A stretch of DNA of 64,000 nucleotides from Octopus sinensis. Lineage: Eukaryota. Below, in pieces: positions 62,444 to 64,000 of this stretch. Position 1 is the first letter of the stretch; every line of letters begins with the position of its first letter. The notes beneath the pieces are model-generated. The model was not told the DNA's origin, ran no database searches, and saw only the letters and a program-made list of their open reading frames with translations. The DNA lies in assembly GCF_006345805.1 (NCBI RefSeq), contig NC_043016.1:31372001-31436000 (forward strand), written 5' to 3'. A program made the position numbers and the translations under genes.

Positions 62444-64000
62444 CCACATGCTGATTGCAAGTATCATCATTAAGGTTCCATTTAGGTACAAATAAAAACA
62501 ATTTTTTAGTGACTTTGTTAGATGTTTGTTGAAAATTGTACATTACTAGAACATCATCCATTATAGGAAGGCAGTGCAAGTTGAGCCAGTTTTCAAACTT
62601 GGCATGTTAGGATAAAAATTACTGATGATCTTGCAGAAATGAGTATCTTAGTTTCAAATTTAATCCTTAAGAAATATTTGTAGTTATTTCTAACTTTCTA
62701 TCCCCTCACTGAAAGTCACTGTGACCTTTGAAAAAATGAATGTCAACTGGTTCTATTGGCTCAAATTGCTCTGAATGTGGGGTAAATTGATCCAACCTCT
62801 CGGGTAAGTTGTACCACACAAGGGTAAGTTGTTCAGTGTCTCAAATAAAGATAACTGAGTGCAAAACCATTGTTCTGCCTGAAAAATATAATGTTATAAC
62901 AACAACATTGAATGAAATGATTACTTTGTGCTTATGGTTATAGTAGTCTGTTAAAAACAAATTCAGGCATAAAAAAAGTCATGAATATCAACAGTGATAA
63001 AAAAAAGTTATCCCAGTTTAGTTTCCACAATTTCAAGTCACAATTAAATGAAAAGTGTCTCAAATGCACCCAGAAATGCCAACAGTCAGATTATGACAAC
63101 TGAGACACAATATCTTGCTTAACTCTGCTGGCTTCATCATTTGGATATAGAAACAGATGTCAGAAATCAAATCAATTAAGCTACCACACTGACAACTTAC
63201 AGTTGAACACAAGCTGGTCAGAACAGCTGACAAACATACCAACATTCTTAGGCTATGGTAGCTTATGCACAATGTTTTCCAGTTCAAAGCCTACTTCATC
63301 CTTTGGATTTGGAACAAACACTGGGTTGTCAGCTCCACCTTTTGCAGGAAGACACCTTCAAGCTAAAATTCTTCTCCATTGAGTATCTAATGGGTAAATA
63401 TTTATAACGATAATGTTTTGGTTCTTAAGAAGGCTGCAATTCTCTTGTTCGGGGGTCACCAGTTGTAATGATTAATATTTGTTGTTATAATTGCATGTTG
63501 TAGGATGAGAAGGATAAACAATGCATGAAGTTTTAAGAAAGTATTTATTTACCGTCACGTTACAAATACTTTGCCTCGATGGGCAGGTTAGGATAAATCC
63601 AAAAGCATGTGAAGTTAAGTTTGTGTTTGTGTCCTCTTCATTGTTTAGTAGTAAATACAGAGAGAGATAGAATGATGTAAGAGAACAGAATTAAAGCTAG
63701 TAAGAGTTGTAGACTTGTGGAATGTTGTCTCCCAGTTACTGACAGTAAACTTCATTTCTCTCACTGACCATTGTCTTTAGCAGCTGCATTCCTTGTGATC
63801 ATGATTCTTGCAGTCCGTTCCCTAACTAATTGAGTCGTCATGTTGTGACTGAACTTGTTGAGTCGTCACCGACTGTGACCAACTGATTTTTGCTTGGGGT
63901 GTGCTGGCTTATATAACTATCCAGAAGGATAGATATATCATTGAGAACAATAGATTTAGTTGGTGGTCTTGTTATCTCTATTCTAGCTTTTGGTGAAGTA

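Noticed and set aside
62617-62650. CTGATGA...GAAAT hammerhead-like words (also CTGATGA near 28955 and 57111)
   Set aside because: No pairable stems I and II or correctly placed GAAA; chance matches.
63060-63287. Cys-rich minus-strand ORF ending KILCLSCHN, reminiscent of the SIVA C-terminus
   Set aside because: Lies upstream of SIVA exon 1, the Cys spacing does not fit, and another frame looks like a decayed transposon ORF with stops.

Overview
AT-rich, repeat-dense eukaryotic genomic DNA. The SINE families and gene style point to a coleoid cephalopod, most likely Octopus (inference). Two host genes are recognisable. (1) The 3' half of a GCN2/EIF2AK4 orthologue on the + strand: 12-13 coding exons from 2516 to the stop at 29106, encoding the HisRS-like and C-terminal domains, with one GC-AG intron and a partial duplicate of one exon. 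(2) A SIVA1-like gene on the - strand: exon 1 at 57358-57250 and exon 2 from 52447, which runs into a stop; no zinc-finger exons were found in the window. The rest is mostly mobile DNA: tRNA-derived SINEs, RTE and RLE-type LINE 3' fragments, a Penelope-like GIY-YIG remnant, two degenerate Gypsy elements, a deleted mariner, hAT-, piggyBac- and MULE-like MITEs and two non-autonomous Helitrons. The most striking signal is a set of type I hammerhead-ribozyme motifs with palindromic stem III at five loci that are unrelated in sequence. Three of these loci are long fold-back palindromes carrying one motif per strand, including a near-perfect palindrome (268 bp arms) with two canonical CUGAUGA/GAAA/GUA hammerheads inside a GCN2 intron. 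All protein similarities are by-eye comparisons to recalled sequences; no database search or folding program was run.
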